This document shows positions 9,477 to 21,458 of a DNA stretch of 46,874 bases, piece after piece; the first letter of the stretch is position 1, and every line of letters begins with the position of its first letter. This DNA is from a bacterium. GTDB lineage: Bacteria; Patescibacteriota; Patescibacteriia; SG8-24. The position numbers and the translations under genes are program-made. Below the pieces are notes generated by a model. That model saw nothing but the letters and a program-made list of their open reading frames with translations, made no database searches and was not told the DNA's origin. The stretch spans positions 1 through 46,874 of the forward strand of contig JAHFIW010000005.1 in NCBI GenBank assembly GCA_023246195.1, in the 5' to 3' direction.

Positions 9477-11198
9477 ATGAAACTGGTCGGCAATCTCAAC
9501 TTCCGCAGCAGACCGGCACTTCTCGGCGCCTTCGTGGCTTGGCAGCTCGCGGTCGCTTTTGCGGCCTTTGCGCCGGCGTTCATCGCTGCCCCCGCTCAGG
9601 CGCAAAAGCCGGTCACGTGCTTCATGAGGGGGGAGTGCATCGATTCCAAGACGCGGGGCAATTGCGACAATCAGCATTGTTTTGAGGTGCGAAAGGAGTG
9701 CCCTCCCGGTCAGGGCCTCTGTTATGCCAACCCGCCCGCAGTTCCTCTGACCATTTCCATCGGCGGTCATACGGTTGCGCTCGACATGAGCGATTACATC
9801 ATCATCGTTTTCAACTACGGCGTGGGCGTTGCCGGCCTGATTGCGACGGTGATGTTCATGGTCGGCGGTTTTCAGTACCTCACGGCCGGCACTTCCGACC
9901 GTACCAGCAAGGGAAAGGAACGTATCAAGAACGCCATCGTCGGCATGCTGTTGGTTTTTGGGGCGATGCTCATTCTGCGTACCGTCAATCCGGACACCCT
10001 CAAGTTGCAGATGCCAAAAATCGAGATTACCAAACGCAGTACTGTCGCTAGTTGCGCCTATACGGAAATGTGCGAGCCGTGCGGCGTTCCGTACGTCGTG
10101 CTTACCGACAAGGCGACGGGTGACACGGCAAAGGCAATGGGCCAGTGCAATTTTGCCAAGCTCCGTTCGGAGGTCGCAGAGGCCGATTTGTCCAAATATG
10201 ACTTGTCACAGTGCGTCGGCATGGGCTGTAGCGGTTCTGGAGCCGGGATGATCCCGTACTCCTCTGATGACAAGGCAAAATGCAGCAGCTACCTTTTCCG
10301 CTGCAATCACGCCGACGCGAACGACACCTTTCAGTGCGGCCACGTTCCGACGCCGCCGAAAGACGCGCCCCCTTCACCCGCAGGAACATCGGGCGGTTAT
10401 GTCTGCAAGTCCTGTCTTCCGGACGGTGCGACGTGCGCGGCATCGGGAAAGAACGACAGTTGCTGCGGAGGCTTCTGTTCCGGCTCTGGCGTGGGGCTTA
10501 ATACTTGTGCCTCCGGACAGCCGGGAGACGCGTGTCAGGACGACAAGCAGTGCATTACCGGCAAGTGCCAGACCAATTGGGGTAACAGTTGCAGTGCCGG
10601 TGAAATCGGTTCGCCGTGCGGCGGCACTGATGCCGGCAGCGAGTGCAAGACCGGATACAAGTGCAGCACCTTCCTGTCGAATACGTGCTCGCCGGGGACG
10701 AAGTACAGTTATTGCGACGAGGATTCGGAGTGCCAGTCTCCGTTGCGCTGCGTGAAGCTCACCGGCTACGCGCACGTGTGCATGGATGTTCCCGACGACA
10801 GGGACAAATTCAAGGCCGTCGTCTGTCCGATACAGGACGGCGTAGTGTATGACACGTGCTGCCGCAACAACGCGGACTGTGCCAGTAGGGGCGGTTTCTG
10901 CAATACCATGGAGTCCCATTTCTGTACCGACGGTTCTCCGGGTGCGCCCTGTGACAGTCCGACTGAATGTGCCAGCGGTTTCTGCAGCGTCCATACCTGT
11001 ACCACCGGCGTAATCGGTTCTGCGTGCGATGATGACAACGGTTGCGCAAGTCATCATTGCTCCAAGGCGGGGGACTTCAAAGTGTGCACGTCCGGAGGCA
11101 TTGGTGCGCGCTGCGATGACGTTAACGACTGCAATGACAAGAACGTCATGGTTTGCGAGCAGCATCGTTGCGGCCCAAAGGGGGACGCCACGCAATAA
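9477..11198 (+). CDS. Secreted/membrane TrbC/VirB2-like pilin-domain protein with Cys-rich repeats
   Basis: Signal peptide (AQA), pilin-like hairpin GGFQYLTAG...KERIKNAIVGMLLVFGAMLILRTVNP, 52 Cys by manual count in G..C....C.SG.C repeats. Confidence 0.75.
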   Translation: MKLVGNLNFRSRPALLGAFVAWQLAVAFAAFAPAFIAAPAQAQKPVTCFMRGECIDSKTRGNCDNQHCFEVRKECPPGQGLCYANPPAVPLTISIGGHTVALDMSDYIIIVFNYGVGVAGLIATVMFMVGGFQYLTAGTSDRTSKGKERIKNAIVGMLLVFGAMLILRTVNPDTLKLQMPKIEITKRSTVASCAYTEMCEPCGVPYVVLTDKATGDTAKAMGQCNFAKLRSEVAEADLSKYDLSQCVGMGCSGSGAGMIPYSSDDKAKCSSYLFRCNHADANDTFQCGHVPTPPKDAPPSPAGTSGGYVCKSCLPDGATCAASGKNDSCCGGFCSGSGVGLNTCASGQPGDACQDDKQCITGKCQTNWGNSCSAGEIGSPCGGTDAGSECKTGYKCSTFLSNTCSPGTKYSYCDEDSECQSPLRCVKLTGYAHVCMDVPDDRDKFKAVVCPIQDGVVYDTCCRNNADCASRGGFCNTMESHFCTDGSPGAPCDSPTECASGFCSVHTCTTGVIGSACDDDNGCASHHCSKAGDFKVCTSGGIGARCDDVNDCNDKNVMVCEQHRCGPKGDATQ

Positions 11199-11230
11199 TC
11201 CCGTGGTCAGGTCTTGGGATGTGGGATTTG

Positions 11231-11264
11231 AAAAAACGCCGCCTCACTGCGGCGTTTTTCTTTT
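11231..11264 (+). terminator. Intrinsic terminator
   Basis: AAAAACGCCGC-ctcact-GCGGCGTTTTT. Confidence 0.85.
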
Positions 11265-11310
11265 GTACGCATGGCAAGCATTACGGAAATCGTACCTTAG
11301 GCCTCAACCC

Positions 11311-11339
11311 TTGCCAGTACCTTGACCGTTCGATATACT
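11311..11339 (+). promoter_or_regulatory. uvrA promoter
   Basis: TTGCCA-17 nt-TATACT. Confidence 0.7.
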
Positions 11340-11423
11340 CGATAACAGTTTTGTTCGGTCGCGGTCGCTAGGCCGAGATCGTCGTGCCCATTTTTACCTT
11401 GGTTCACATTGACGGACAGCACC

Positions 11424-14396
<2,973 letters not shown>

Positions 14397-14404
14397 GCAT
14401 CAGA

Positions 14405-14442
14405 AACGCAAAATGCGGTCCTGCGGGGCCGCGTTTTGCGTT
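14405..14442 (+). terminator. Hairpin/terminator after uvrA
   Basis: AACGCAAAATGCGGTCC-tgcg-GGGCCGCGTTTTGCGTT. Confidence 0.7.
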
Positions 14443-14450
14443 AGGCGAAC

Positions 14451-14471
14451 AAAAAGCTCCCATTCGGGAGC
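14451..14471 (-). terminator. Terminator of amidohydrolase gene
   Basis: Minus strand GCTCCC-gaat-GGGAGC-TTTTT. Confidence 0.75.
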
Positions 14472-14496
14472 CGTAAGCCGTATCGTATTCCGTTTT

Positions 14497-15279
14497 CTAG
14501 GCGAGTTTGAACACCCGTGCCGCGTTCCCACCCATCACCAGCTCCGTCGCTCCGCCCTCGCCGCCGAGCGCCTCGGTGACGGCATCGGCGTAGGGTCTCT
14601 GATTGGTGATCGGCCAGTCGGTTCCGAAGAGCAGCTTCTCTGGCTGTTCCGTGTACTTCATGAACTGCCGCACGCTCGCGATGAACGACTCGCGCGAGCT
14701 CGGAGTGAAGTCGTCGCAGACGAAGCCGGAGCAGTCGGCGTAGACGTTGGGGTTCTTGTAGCAGACCTCGGCCCCATCGGTGAGCCAGGGGTTGCCCATG
14801 TGCGCCATGACGATGGTCAGCTTGGGCATGTCCACGGCCAGCTCGTCGAGGTGCAGGGGATGGGCGTACTTGAGCTTTGCTCCGCCGACTTTGCCGTAGC
14901 AGTCTCCCGTGTGGAAGATGGCAGGCACGCCGTGTTGGGCCAGCAGTTCCAGGTAGGGCCGTACCACGTGGTCGGTGGGGAAGAAGTGCTCGTAGCCGAG
15001 GTAGAACTTCACGGCGACGAGCGTCTTTTGCAGGAGCATCGCTTCCAATTTTGGGAGCGTGTCTTCGGACGGCCAGATTGGCGAGATGACGCCGACGGGC
15101 ATCAGCTTGTCGCGGTGCGGCGCGATCTCCTCGAGCAGCAGCTGCGTGGAGCAGGCGTTGATGTGGCCGGCAAATACCAGCGACGTCTCGATCCCCGCGG
15201 CGTTCATCGAGCTGACCAGGTCATCCGGACTCGCGACGATGATCTTATGCCCGATGTGGGTGTGACTATCGATGATCAT
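14497..15279 (-). CDS. Amidohydrolase family protein (amidohydro_2 type)
   Basis: IIDSHTH, FHTGD, AHMGNPW, YADCSG and KLLFGTDWP motifs; SD AAGGAG. Confidence 0.9.
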   Translation of the reverse strand: MIIDSHTHIGHKIIVASPDDLVSSMNAAGIETSLVFAGHINACSTQLLLEEIAPHRDKLMPVGVISPIWPSEDTLPKLEAMLLQKTLVAVKFYLGYEHFFPTDHVVRPYLELLAQHGVPAIFHTGDCYGKVGGAKLKYAHPLHLDELAVDMPKLTIVMAHMGNPWLTDGAEVCYKNPNVYADCSGFVCDDFTPSSRESFIASVRQFMKYTEQPEKLLFGTDWPITNQRPYADAVTEALGGEGGATELVMGGNAARVFKLA

Positions 15280-15342
15280 GGCAGTCTCCTTTTTCTGAAA
15301 GAACTTGGCGCTGAGCATGTGCCTAAAAGAGCACCTCGTCAA
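15280..15342 (-). promoter_or_regulatory. Promoter + boxA-like motif + SD
   Basis: TTGACG-17-CATGCT-cagcgccaa-GTTCTTTCAGAA-AAAGGAG-actgcc-ATG. Confidence 0.65.
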
Positions 15343-15404
15343 GACGGAACGTCATTATTCGCGGGTGCGGTTTCGTGAGGAACCGCAGGATTTGTCGGTC
15401 AGGG

Positions 15405-15433
15405 TTGACAAAATGACGCTTTTGTGGTATTAA
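15405..15433 (+). promoter_or_regulatory. sigma70 promoter with ACAAAA-N6-TTTTGT palindrome
   Basis: TTGACA-17-TATTAA with TG extension. Confidence 0.7.
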
Positions 15434-15468
15434 TATCGGTTCTACTCTTGCCATGAACACCCAAAACT

Positions 15469-17205
15469 ATGCACAAATTTAGCTCAACCATCGCAAAAAT
15501 TACGGCCGTGGCGACGCTGCTTTCGCTGTTCGTTACGGTTTCCCCGGCCTTGGCGGCTGAGACCAGCCCGGTTTCGTTGACGTACGATCCGTGGGAAGTT
15601 GCGGTTCTCTCCCGGGATTCGGTTGACTCGCAGATCGAGGCTTACAAGGTCGACAAAAACCTTGTGGCCTGGACCGAGCTTTCCGGCAACACCCGCAAGC
15701 TGTACGTCTTTGACGGCGTGCAGACCCGTCTTTTGGCCGCCTTCGACAAGGCCGACTGGAAGGATGATGGTAATGGCTTCTACGACGCGGTGAAGGGCAA
15801 CTTTGACGTGGCTGACGGCTTGGTCGTTTGGACCATGTCGGACGGTCATGATCGTGAAATCTATTCCTTCGACGGCGATTCCGTGAAGAAGGTTTCCGAC
15901 AACAGCTACGACGACCGTCACCCGATTACTTCGGCCGGTCGCATCGCTTGGACCAGCCAGCCCAGCGCCAACGCCTACAACCTGATGGTCAAGGACCAAA
16001 AGGGCGTCCGCCGCGTGGACACTTGGCCTGCGACCAACTATGCCTTCTCGGATTCCAACCTGTTCTGGCTCAACACCCGCCCCAATGAGAACTGGATGCA
16101 CGTGCTCGTCAACACGGGCGCGTTTACCGGCGTCGTCGGTCAGGGCGATGACCGTCCTCTCACCGAGTACTTCACCGTGGACGGCAAGGGCAATGCCGCT
16201 TGGGAGTATTCCACCAAGAACTGGAGCTACGACAAGCGCATCACCTACGTTTCAATGAACGGCCTGCCTGCAATCGAAATGCTCCAGCGCGACGTGCCTC
16301 CCAAAGTCACGCGTTTGGAAGACATGGACAACGGCAAGGTCCTCATGAACGTCACTGACTTGCTGCTGACCGACCTGGCGCACAAGAGCACGCTTCTTGA
16401 GCTGACCAACTATTATAATCAGAAGGCAATTTACAGCAAGGAGTCGGCCAGCAAGGCACGCTACATGGATGGCGGTTACGTCACCATGCGCGAGCCCAAT
16501 GCCATCACTCCGATCGTGTTCCATTCCACGGAACGCAGCTTCGAGGACGTCATTAGTTTTGAACCGGTCATCCTTGACCGCTTCGATGCCGATGGTTCTG
16601 CCGCTGCCGGCGCGCGCTACGGCGGAGGTCTCGTGACCTACACCGCCGGCCAGTCCGTGGTGATTCCCTCGACCGTCGAAACCAGCGACCTTACCGTGAA
16701 GAACGGCAACATCGCCTGGATCGAAGGTGTCGCTGGTAACCAGACGCTCAAGTTTGCCGCTACCAAGGTCGTCGTGAAGACGGCAGTCGGTCCGGCGCGC
16801 TACACGGGTCATCTCGTGAAGTCGCCGACCAGCCCCGCCGTGTACTTCGCGGCCCAGGACGGCAAGCGCTACGTGTTCACGGGCCAAGGTCAGTTCTACA
16901 GTTACTTCAACGATTTCGCTTCGGTGCAAGTCGTCTCGGCGGCCAAGCTCGCGTCCATTCCGGTCGGCGGCGACGTGCTCTACCAGCCTGAAACAAAACT
17001 TCTCAAGATCGCGCTGTCCCCGAAGGTCTATTCGATCAGCAAGGACGGTTCGGCTCATTGGATTCAGAGCGAGGAGGCCGCACAGAGCGTCTACGGCGTG
17101 AACTGGAAGCAGAAGATCGTCACCGTCGACGAGACCGAACTGGCGGATTATCCGACAGGCGGTCCGATCATGAGCAGCCTGGCTTACTACTCCGGCCTGA
17201 ACTAG
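15469..17205 (+). CDS. Secreted beta-rich surface protein with C-terminal repeated putative anchoring domain
   Basis: Signal peptide ending PALA-A; propeller-like DG..VAW repeats; C-terminal LVK..SPAVYF...KRYVF domain shared with ORF 1..4108. Confidence 0.75.
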   Translation: MHKFSSTIAKITAVATLLSLFVTVSPALAAETSPVSLTYDPWEVAVLSRDSVDSQIEAYKVDKNLVAWTELSGNTRKLYVFDGVQTRLLAAFDKADWKDDGNGFYDAVKGNFDVADGLVVWTMSDGHDREIYSFDGDSVKKVSDNSYDDRHPITSAGRIAWTSQPSANAYNLMVKDQKGVRRVDTWPATNYAFSDSNLFWLNTRPNENWMHVLVNTGAFTGVVGQGDDRPLTEYFTVDGKGNAAWEYSTKNWSYDKRITYVSMNGLPAIEMLQRDVPPKVTRLEDMDNGKVLMNVTDLLLTDLAHKSTLLELTNYYNQKAIYSKESASKARYMDGGYVTMREPNAITPIVFHSTERSFEDVISFEPVILDRFDADGSAAAGARYGGGLVTYTAGQSVVIPSTVETSDLTVKNGNIAWIEGVAGNQTLKFAATKVVVKTAVGPARYTGHLVKSPTSPAVYFAAQDGKRYVFTGQGQFYSYFNDFASVQVVSAAKLASIPVGGDVLYQPETKLLKIALSPKVYSISKDGSAHWIQSEEAAQSVYGVNWKQKIVTVDETELADYPTGGPIMSSLAYYSGLN

Positions 17206-17218
17206 ATTCGGACAGACG

Positions 17219-17250
17219 AAAAACCGCCCCCAGTGATGGGGACGGTTTTT
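17219..17250. terminator. Bidirectional terminator
   Basis: AAAAACCGCCCC-cagtgat-GGGGACGGTTTTT between convergent genes. Confidence 0.8.
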
Positions 17251-17257
17251 GATTGCG

Positions 17258-17707
17258 CTACTTCTTCTTTGAGACCTTCTTCTTGGTGTCGACGGTCTCG
17301 GTACCCTTGGCCGACCTTTCGACGAGCTTCTTCTTGTGGGTGCGGAGGTAGTACAGCTTGGCGCGGCTGACGGCGTACTGCTTGACTGACTCGATCTTGG
17401 CGACTACCGGGGACATCACGGGGAAGATGCGCTCCACGCCGACGCCGCTCGCGATCTTGCGGACGGTGATGGTGCGGCTGGTAGCGTCCTTGCCCTTCAC
17501 GGCGATGACGGTTCCTTCGAAAATCTGGATGCGCTCGCGCTCCTCGCCCTTCGAGGTGGTTTCCTTGATCTTCTGGTGGACGCGAACGACCATGCCAGGC
17601 TCGATCTCCGTGGCCTTCACAGGTTCAACCTTCACGTCCGCAGCGGCCGTTTCGGTGGAAGACTGGCTTTCCGCTTCGTTGACTTCATTTTTCGCTTCTT
17701 CGGCCAT
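17258..17707 (-). CDS. rplS: 50S ribosomal protein L19
   Basis: [46 protein letters not shown]. Confidence 0.96.
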   Translation of the reverse strand: MAEEAKNEVNEAESQSSTETAAADVKVEPVKATEIEPGMVVRVHQKIKETTSKGEERERIQIFEGTVIAVKGKDATSRTITVRKIASGVGVERIFPVMSPVVAKIESVKQYAVSRAKLYYLRTHKKKLVERSAKGTETVDTKKKVSKKK

Positions 17708-18234
17708 ATGCGGTTTAATGCTTTGACTAAACAAGTGACAACCTCCTCTATCGAGAGCCTGTCTGTTTGAACGACGATATCATAGACGCTCAGGTCATTC
17801 AAGTCAAGCCCGTAGGTCCGCTTATAGCGGATGCGGTTGTCCCGGTCGCGCTGGCTGATCTCGGACAGGGCTTGGCGATAAGGTACGCCTTCGCGCCTGG
17901 ACACGCGTGAGGCGCGGGTGCGGGCCGAGGCGGCTATCCAAATGCGGACGGCTTCCATGCCTTCTCTTGCCGTCATGTGTCCTGCCAGGCGTCCTTGCAA
18001 GATGATGTCGCCGGCGCGTTTGACCTTGCGAATCATCGCCGCATCTAATTTGCGGTCAATTTCCGGATGTTTCTCGGCGTACGGTCCGAAAGTCACCACG
18101 TCCATCCCATGCTCCTTGGCCATGCGTCGAAAAATCTGCCCGATGTCTACCGTAGGCACTCCGATTTTCGCGGAGAGTCCTTTGGCAGCGCTGGATTTTC
18201 CGGAGCCGGACAGGCCGGAGATGGTGATGAGCAT
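17632..18234 (-). CDS. cmk: Cytidylate kinase (archaeal-type/AAA family)
   Basis: [14 protein letters not shown]-loop, [36 protein letters not shown]. Confidence 0.85.
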   Translation of the reverse strand: MLITISGLSGSGKSSAAKGLSAKIGVPTVDIGQIFRRMAKEHGMDVVTFGPYAEKHPEIDRKLDAAMIRKVKRAGDIILQGRLAGHMTAREGMEAVRIWIAASARTRASRVSRREGVPYRQALSEISQRDRDNRIRYKRTYGLDLNDLSVYDIVVQTDRLSIEEVVTCLVKALNRIWPKKRKMKSTKRKASLPPKRPLRT

Positions 18235-18241
18235 GGGCGTG

Positions 18242-19204
18242 TTACTTTCTGGCTTTCTTAAGCACCTCGTCCAATTCTTTGGGCAGCGGAGCCGAGAACG
18301 AGAGTTCGATGTCCGTCACCGGGTGCTGGAAGGAGAGCGACTTGGCATGGAGGAAGAGACGCGGTGAGTTCATGCGTCCGACGCGGTTGGCGCCGTAGAG
18401 CGGGTCACCGACAACGGGGACGCCGAGCGCGTGGAAGTGCGCGCGAATCTGGTGGGTGCGGCCGGTTTCGGTGCGCACGGTAAGAAAGGTGACCTTGGGG
18501 AGTTTTTCCTCGATACGGTAGTGGGTGATGGCCGTGCGGTCGCCGGGAGTCATTTCCAGTTCGCCGCTGCGCTTGTTGAGTTTGATGGGGCGTGCGGCCA
18601 TTTTTCCACCAGATGCCGAACGTCCGATAGGCAACTTGATGGTGCCGGAATCCGCCGGCGGATACCCGTCGATGAGCACGGCGTATTCCTTCTTAACCAC
18701 ATGCGCCTGGAACTGCGCCTTGAGATTCTTGAAAGCGGCCTTGGTGCGAGCGATGACCAGCAGGCCGGATGCTTCGCGGTCGAGTCGGTGCACGATACCG
18801 GGGCGCTGCGAGTCGTCCCCGATGCCGACGATCTCCGGAAATTGCGCGATGAGCGCGTTGACCAGCGTGTTGGATTCGCCCGGGATTGCCGGATGCACGA
18901 TCAGTCCCGACGGCTTGTTCGCCACGATGATGTCGTCGTCTTCATAGACCACGTCAACGCCGATGTCGGGGCGGGGGAGCAGCGCGTCTTCCTTGGTCTT
19001 CGGTGCGTCGTAGTCCGCCACCTCGACGGTGTCTTCAAGGGAGAGCGCTTCGTGCGGCGTCACTGCTTCGTCATTGATCGTTACCAGGCCGGCCTTGATC
19101 CATTTTTGGATGCGGCTGCGCGAAACCTCCGGCAACTTTGCCGTCAGCCAGGTATCGAGACGCTGCCCCGCGTCCTCTTGGGTAATCTGATATGTTTTTT
19201 TCAT
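18242..19204 (-). CDS. rluD: RluA/RluD-family pseudouridine synthase with S4 domain
   Basis: RLDTWL..SRSRIQKWI, NKPSGLIVHP, RPGIVHRLDREASG, TGRTHQIRAH, VVGDPLYG, LFLHA. Confidence 0.9.
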   Translation of the reverse strand: MKKTYQITQEDAGQRLDTWLTAKLPEVSRSRIQKWIKAGLVTINDEAVTPHEALSLEDTVEVADYDAPKTKEDALLPRPDIGVDVVYEDDDIIVANKPSGLIVHPAIPGESNTLVNALIAQFPEIVGIGDDSQRPGIVHRLDREASGLLVIARTKAAFKNLKAQFQAHVVKKEYAVLIDGYPPADSGTIKLPIGRSASGGKMAARPIKLNKRSGELEMTPGDRTAITHYRIEEKLPKVTFLTVRTETGRTHQIRAHFHALGVPVVGDPLYGANRVGRMNSPRLFLHAKSLSFQHPVTDIELSFSAPLPKELDEVLKKARK

Positions 19205-19384
19205 AGTCCGTATTTTGATCTTGTCCCAAGCGGGGAACGAGGTGCCATTTTGAGGCGGGAGACATATGCTGCCGTGAGCAGTCTCCTTAATAGGAGCAGT
19301 ATACCGATTTTGGTTCAACTTGCAATGGTCAGAGACCTTCCCAGAAGCAGCATATTAGTGCTAAATTTGGCACACGATCGGCGC

Positions 19385-19460
19385 CGGCCCGTAGCACAAT
19401 GGTTAGTGCACCGAGCTTATATCTCGGCGGTTCTGGGTTCAAGTCCCAGCGGGCCGACCA
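19385..19460 (+). tRNA. tRNA-Ile with UAU anticodon
   Basis: Acceptor CGGCCCG/CGGGCCG-A-CCA, D arm GCAC/GTGC, anticodon arm CCGAG-CTTATAT-CTCGG, T arm CTGGG-TTCAAGT-CCCAG; 76 nt. Confidence 0.92.
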
Positions 19461-19469
19461 CTAAATCTC

Positions 19470-19512
19470 CCAAACGCAAACGACGTCCCAAGTGGGCGTC
19501 GTTTGCGTTTGG
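19470..19512. terminator. Long hairpin downstream of tRNA-Ile
   Basis: CCAAACGCAAACGACGTCCC-aagt-GGGCGTCGTTTGCGTTTGG; no clear U tract. Confidence 0.55.
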
Positions 19513-19623
19513 CCACCCCTTCTCGCTAAGAGATGACGCTCGGCACCTTGACTTTTTATTGAAAAACGCGTGTTCGGGGTGTGAGATGGCCCTATCGGCC
19601 TTTCATCAAGGGAGACGAAACAG

Positions 19624-20271
19624 ATGCGAAAGTTTTCGCTGGTAGTTTTCGACTGGAACGGCACTTTGCAGGACGACCTGCATGACATCTACGAGTGCGG
19701 CGTGCAGCGGATCTTCCGCCACTTCGCCCTGCCTTGCCCGACGCTCGAAGAGTACCGGCAGGAGGTCGACGCCGACTTCATGGGTTCGTTCTATTGGCCT
19801 CGTGGCATTCCGAAGGACGTCACGTCGCAGGACCTGAACGCCATCATGTTCGAGGGGTTCAGGGAGAAGGGCTCTCCGCCGGGGCTGTTTCCTGACGCCG
19901 CGCAGTTCGTTCAGGCGTTGGCGTCACGCGGTCGCGTGCTCGCGGTGGCCAGCGGGTATGCGCAGGCCAAGCTCGATGCGGCCGTGAAGCGCAGCGGCTT
20001 CGGCGACATTTTCTTCCGGGTCGATGGCGACGTGCGCGACAAGGCCGAGGCGATCCTCTCCATCATCGACCAGGCGGGTGTCGCTGGTGAGGAGTGCGCG
20101 GTCATCGGTGACACGATCGAGGACATCCTCGGCGCGGCGGCCGTCGGTGCCACGGCGTTCATCTGCACTCGCGGCTTTCATCCCGCGGAACGTCTCGAAA
20201 CGACTCGTCCGCATGCGCCAAATCTGGTGCTTCGCGACAGCTTGCTCGCTTTCCTTCCGTACTTTCCGTGA
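19624..20271 (+). CDS. HAD-family hydrolase (phosphoglycolate phosphatase-like, DWNGT motif)
   Basis: VVFDWNGTL, VASG, K, VIGDTIEDI; SD GGGAG. Confidence 0.88.
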   Translation: MRKFSLVVFDWNGTLQDDLHDIYECGVQRIFRHFALPCPTLEEYRQEVDADFMGSFYWPRGIPKDVTSQDLNAIMFEGFREKGSPPGLFPDAAQFVQALASRGRVLAVASGYAQAKLDAAVKRSGFGDIFFRVDGDVRDKAEAILSIIDQAGVAGEECAVIGDTIEDILGAAAVGATAFICTRGFHPAERLETTRPHAPNLVLRDSLLAFLPYFP

Positions 20272-20277
20272 ACGACC

Positions 20278-20304
20278 GACCTCCCTTTGCGGAGGTCTTT
20301 TTTT
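20278..20304 (+). terminator. Terminator of HAD gene
   Basis: GACCTCC-ctttgc-GGAGGTC-TTTTTTT. Confidence 0.85.
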
Positions 20305-20317
20305 ATTTTTTGGCAAG

Positions 20318-20339
20318 AAAAAACCCCGCAAGAGCGGGG
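20318..20339 (-). terminator. Terminator of adenosine deaminase gene
   Basis: Minus strand CCCCGC-tctt-GCGGGG-TTTTTT. Confidence 0.8.
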
Positions 20340-20345
20340 CGTTCG

Positions 20346-21320
20346 CTAGTATTTTCGGATGAGGAACGGCTCGTTTTCGGAAGAGGCTTCGAGTTCCGCG
20401 CATTGCGCTTGGGAGAAGTCGTATGCTTCGTCGCAGGCGGCGAGCACCTCGTCCATCGGCGGAAGGAACAGGTCATCATCCGCGTTCAGGGTGTACCTGA
20501 CCCCGGCATCGATGAGTCGGTCGATGCCGAGCTCGCGCACGTCCTTGATGGAGCCGCATGTCAGGTTCGAAAGCGGACAGCCGGACACGCGGATGCCCTT
20601 GTCAACGACCTCGCGGATGAGTTCGGGGTCGTCGATGAGCGGGATGGCATGACTGACGCCATTGCAGCGGAGGTCGCGGATGGCCGTACGGAGGTTCTGC
20701 ATCAGTCGTTGCCGGTACGTCTCCGGCGGGTCACTGGCGACCCACTCGCCGGCATGGCAGTCTCGCATGACCCTCGTGTCGAACGTCAGCTTGAAGGCCG
20801 GCAGATGCTTCTCGGGCGGATGACCGCCCTCGTCGCAGGCCAGGTCGAGGACGACATCTCCGTCGTACTCCATCACGATCTTGGCGATTTCCATCCCGAC
20901 TTCGGGAGAAGTTTCGCGCCCGATGCATACGTGCGGCATGACGCGGACGCCGTAACGGCTTCCGTAGCGCCAAAGCGCGTTGCACATCACGGAAACGACC
21001 TGCTTCATGGTGAGCCCGCCGTCCGTATGGTACTGCGGCGCAAACTTGCTTTCGATGATGGCGTACCCTTCCAGGGCGCGCAGGGCGACGTAGTCGTCGG
21101 CCGCATACTCGAGAGCTTCCGCGCTTTGCAGCACTGAAGTCACCGTCGCGAACTTGGCGACGATGTTGACGTGCGGGTCCTTGAAGTACGCGCGCCAGGC
21201 GTCGGTCGAAGGAAACGGAAACGGCTGTCTCGCCATCCGGTAGAGCATCTCGATGCTGTTGACGAGCGCGGCACTGCCGTCAATGTGGTCATGCGTGAGC
21301 GTTCGAATTTTCGGCTTCAT
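20346..21320 (-). CDS. Adenosine deaminase family protein
   Basis: HDHIDGS, ESKFAPQYH, DLACDE, CHAGE, HAI, CPLSN and NADD motifs. Confidence 0.85.
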   Translation of the reverse strand: MKPKIRTLTHDHIDGSAALVNSIEMLYRMARQPFPFPSTDAWRAYFKDPHVNIVAKFATVTSVLQSAEALEYAADDYVALRALEGYAIIESKFAPQYHTDGGLTMKQVVSVMCNALWRYGSRYGVRVMPHVCIGRETSPEVGMEIAKIVMEYDGDVVLDLACDEGGHPPEKHLPAFKLTFDTRVMRDCHAGEWVASDPPETYRQRLMQNLRTAIRDLRCNGVSHAIPLIDDPELIREVVDKGIRVSGCPLSNLTCGSIKDVRELGIDRLIDAGVRYTLNADDDLFLPPMDEVLAACDEAYDFSQAQCAELEASSENEPFLIRKY

Positions 21321-21379
21321 GAGCTTGTCCTTTTGAAAGAGCCTGCGCCCATTCAAGCTGAAATCCGGCGCAAGGTCAA
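21321..21379 (-). promoter_or_regulatory. Promoter + boxA-like motif + SD
   Basis: TTGACC-17-TTGAAT-gggcgcag-GCTCTTTCAAAAGGA-caagctc-ATG. Confidence 0.65.
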
Positions 21380-21458
21380 TGCGCGGTCAGGTTTTGAGCG
21401 GAGGTTTTTCCTGTTTTCATCTCTTGGAAAAAGTTCATTTTTTTGCTAAAATACCAGC

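Noticed and set aside
11311-11360. Possible SOS box at the uvrA promoter
   Set aside because: No match to CTGT-N8-ACAG, GAAC-N4-GTTC or GTTC-N7-GTTC; the lineage LexA motif is not known to me
19358-19373. GTGCTAAATTTGGCAC palindrome / CIRCE half-site before tRNA-Ile
   Set aside because: No N9-spaced second arm; more simply the extended -10 (TGcTAAATT) of the tRNA promoter
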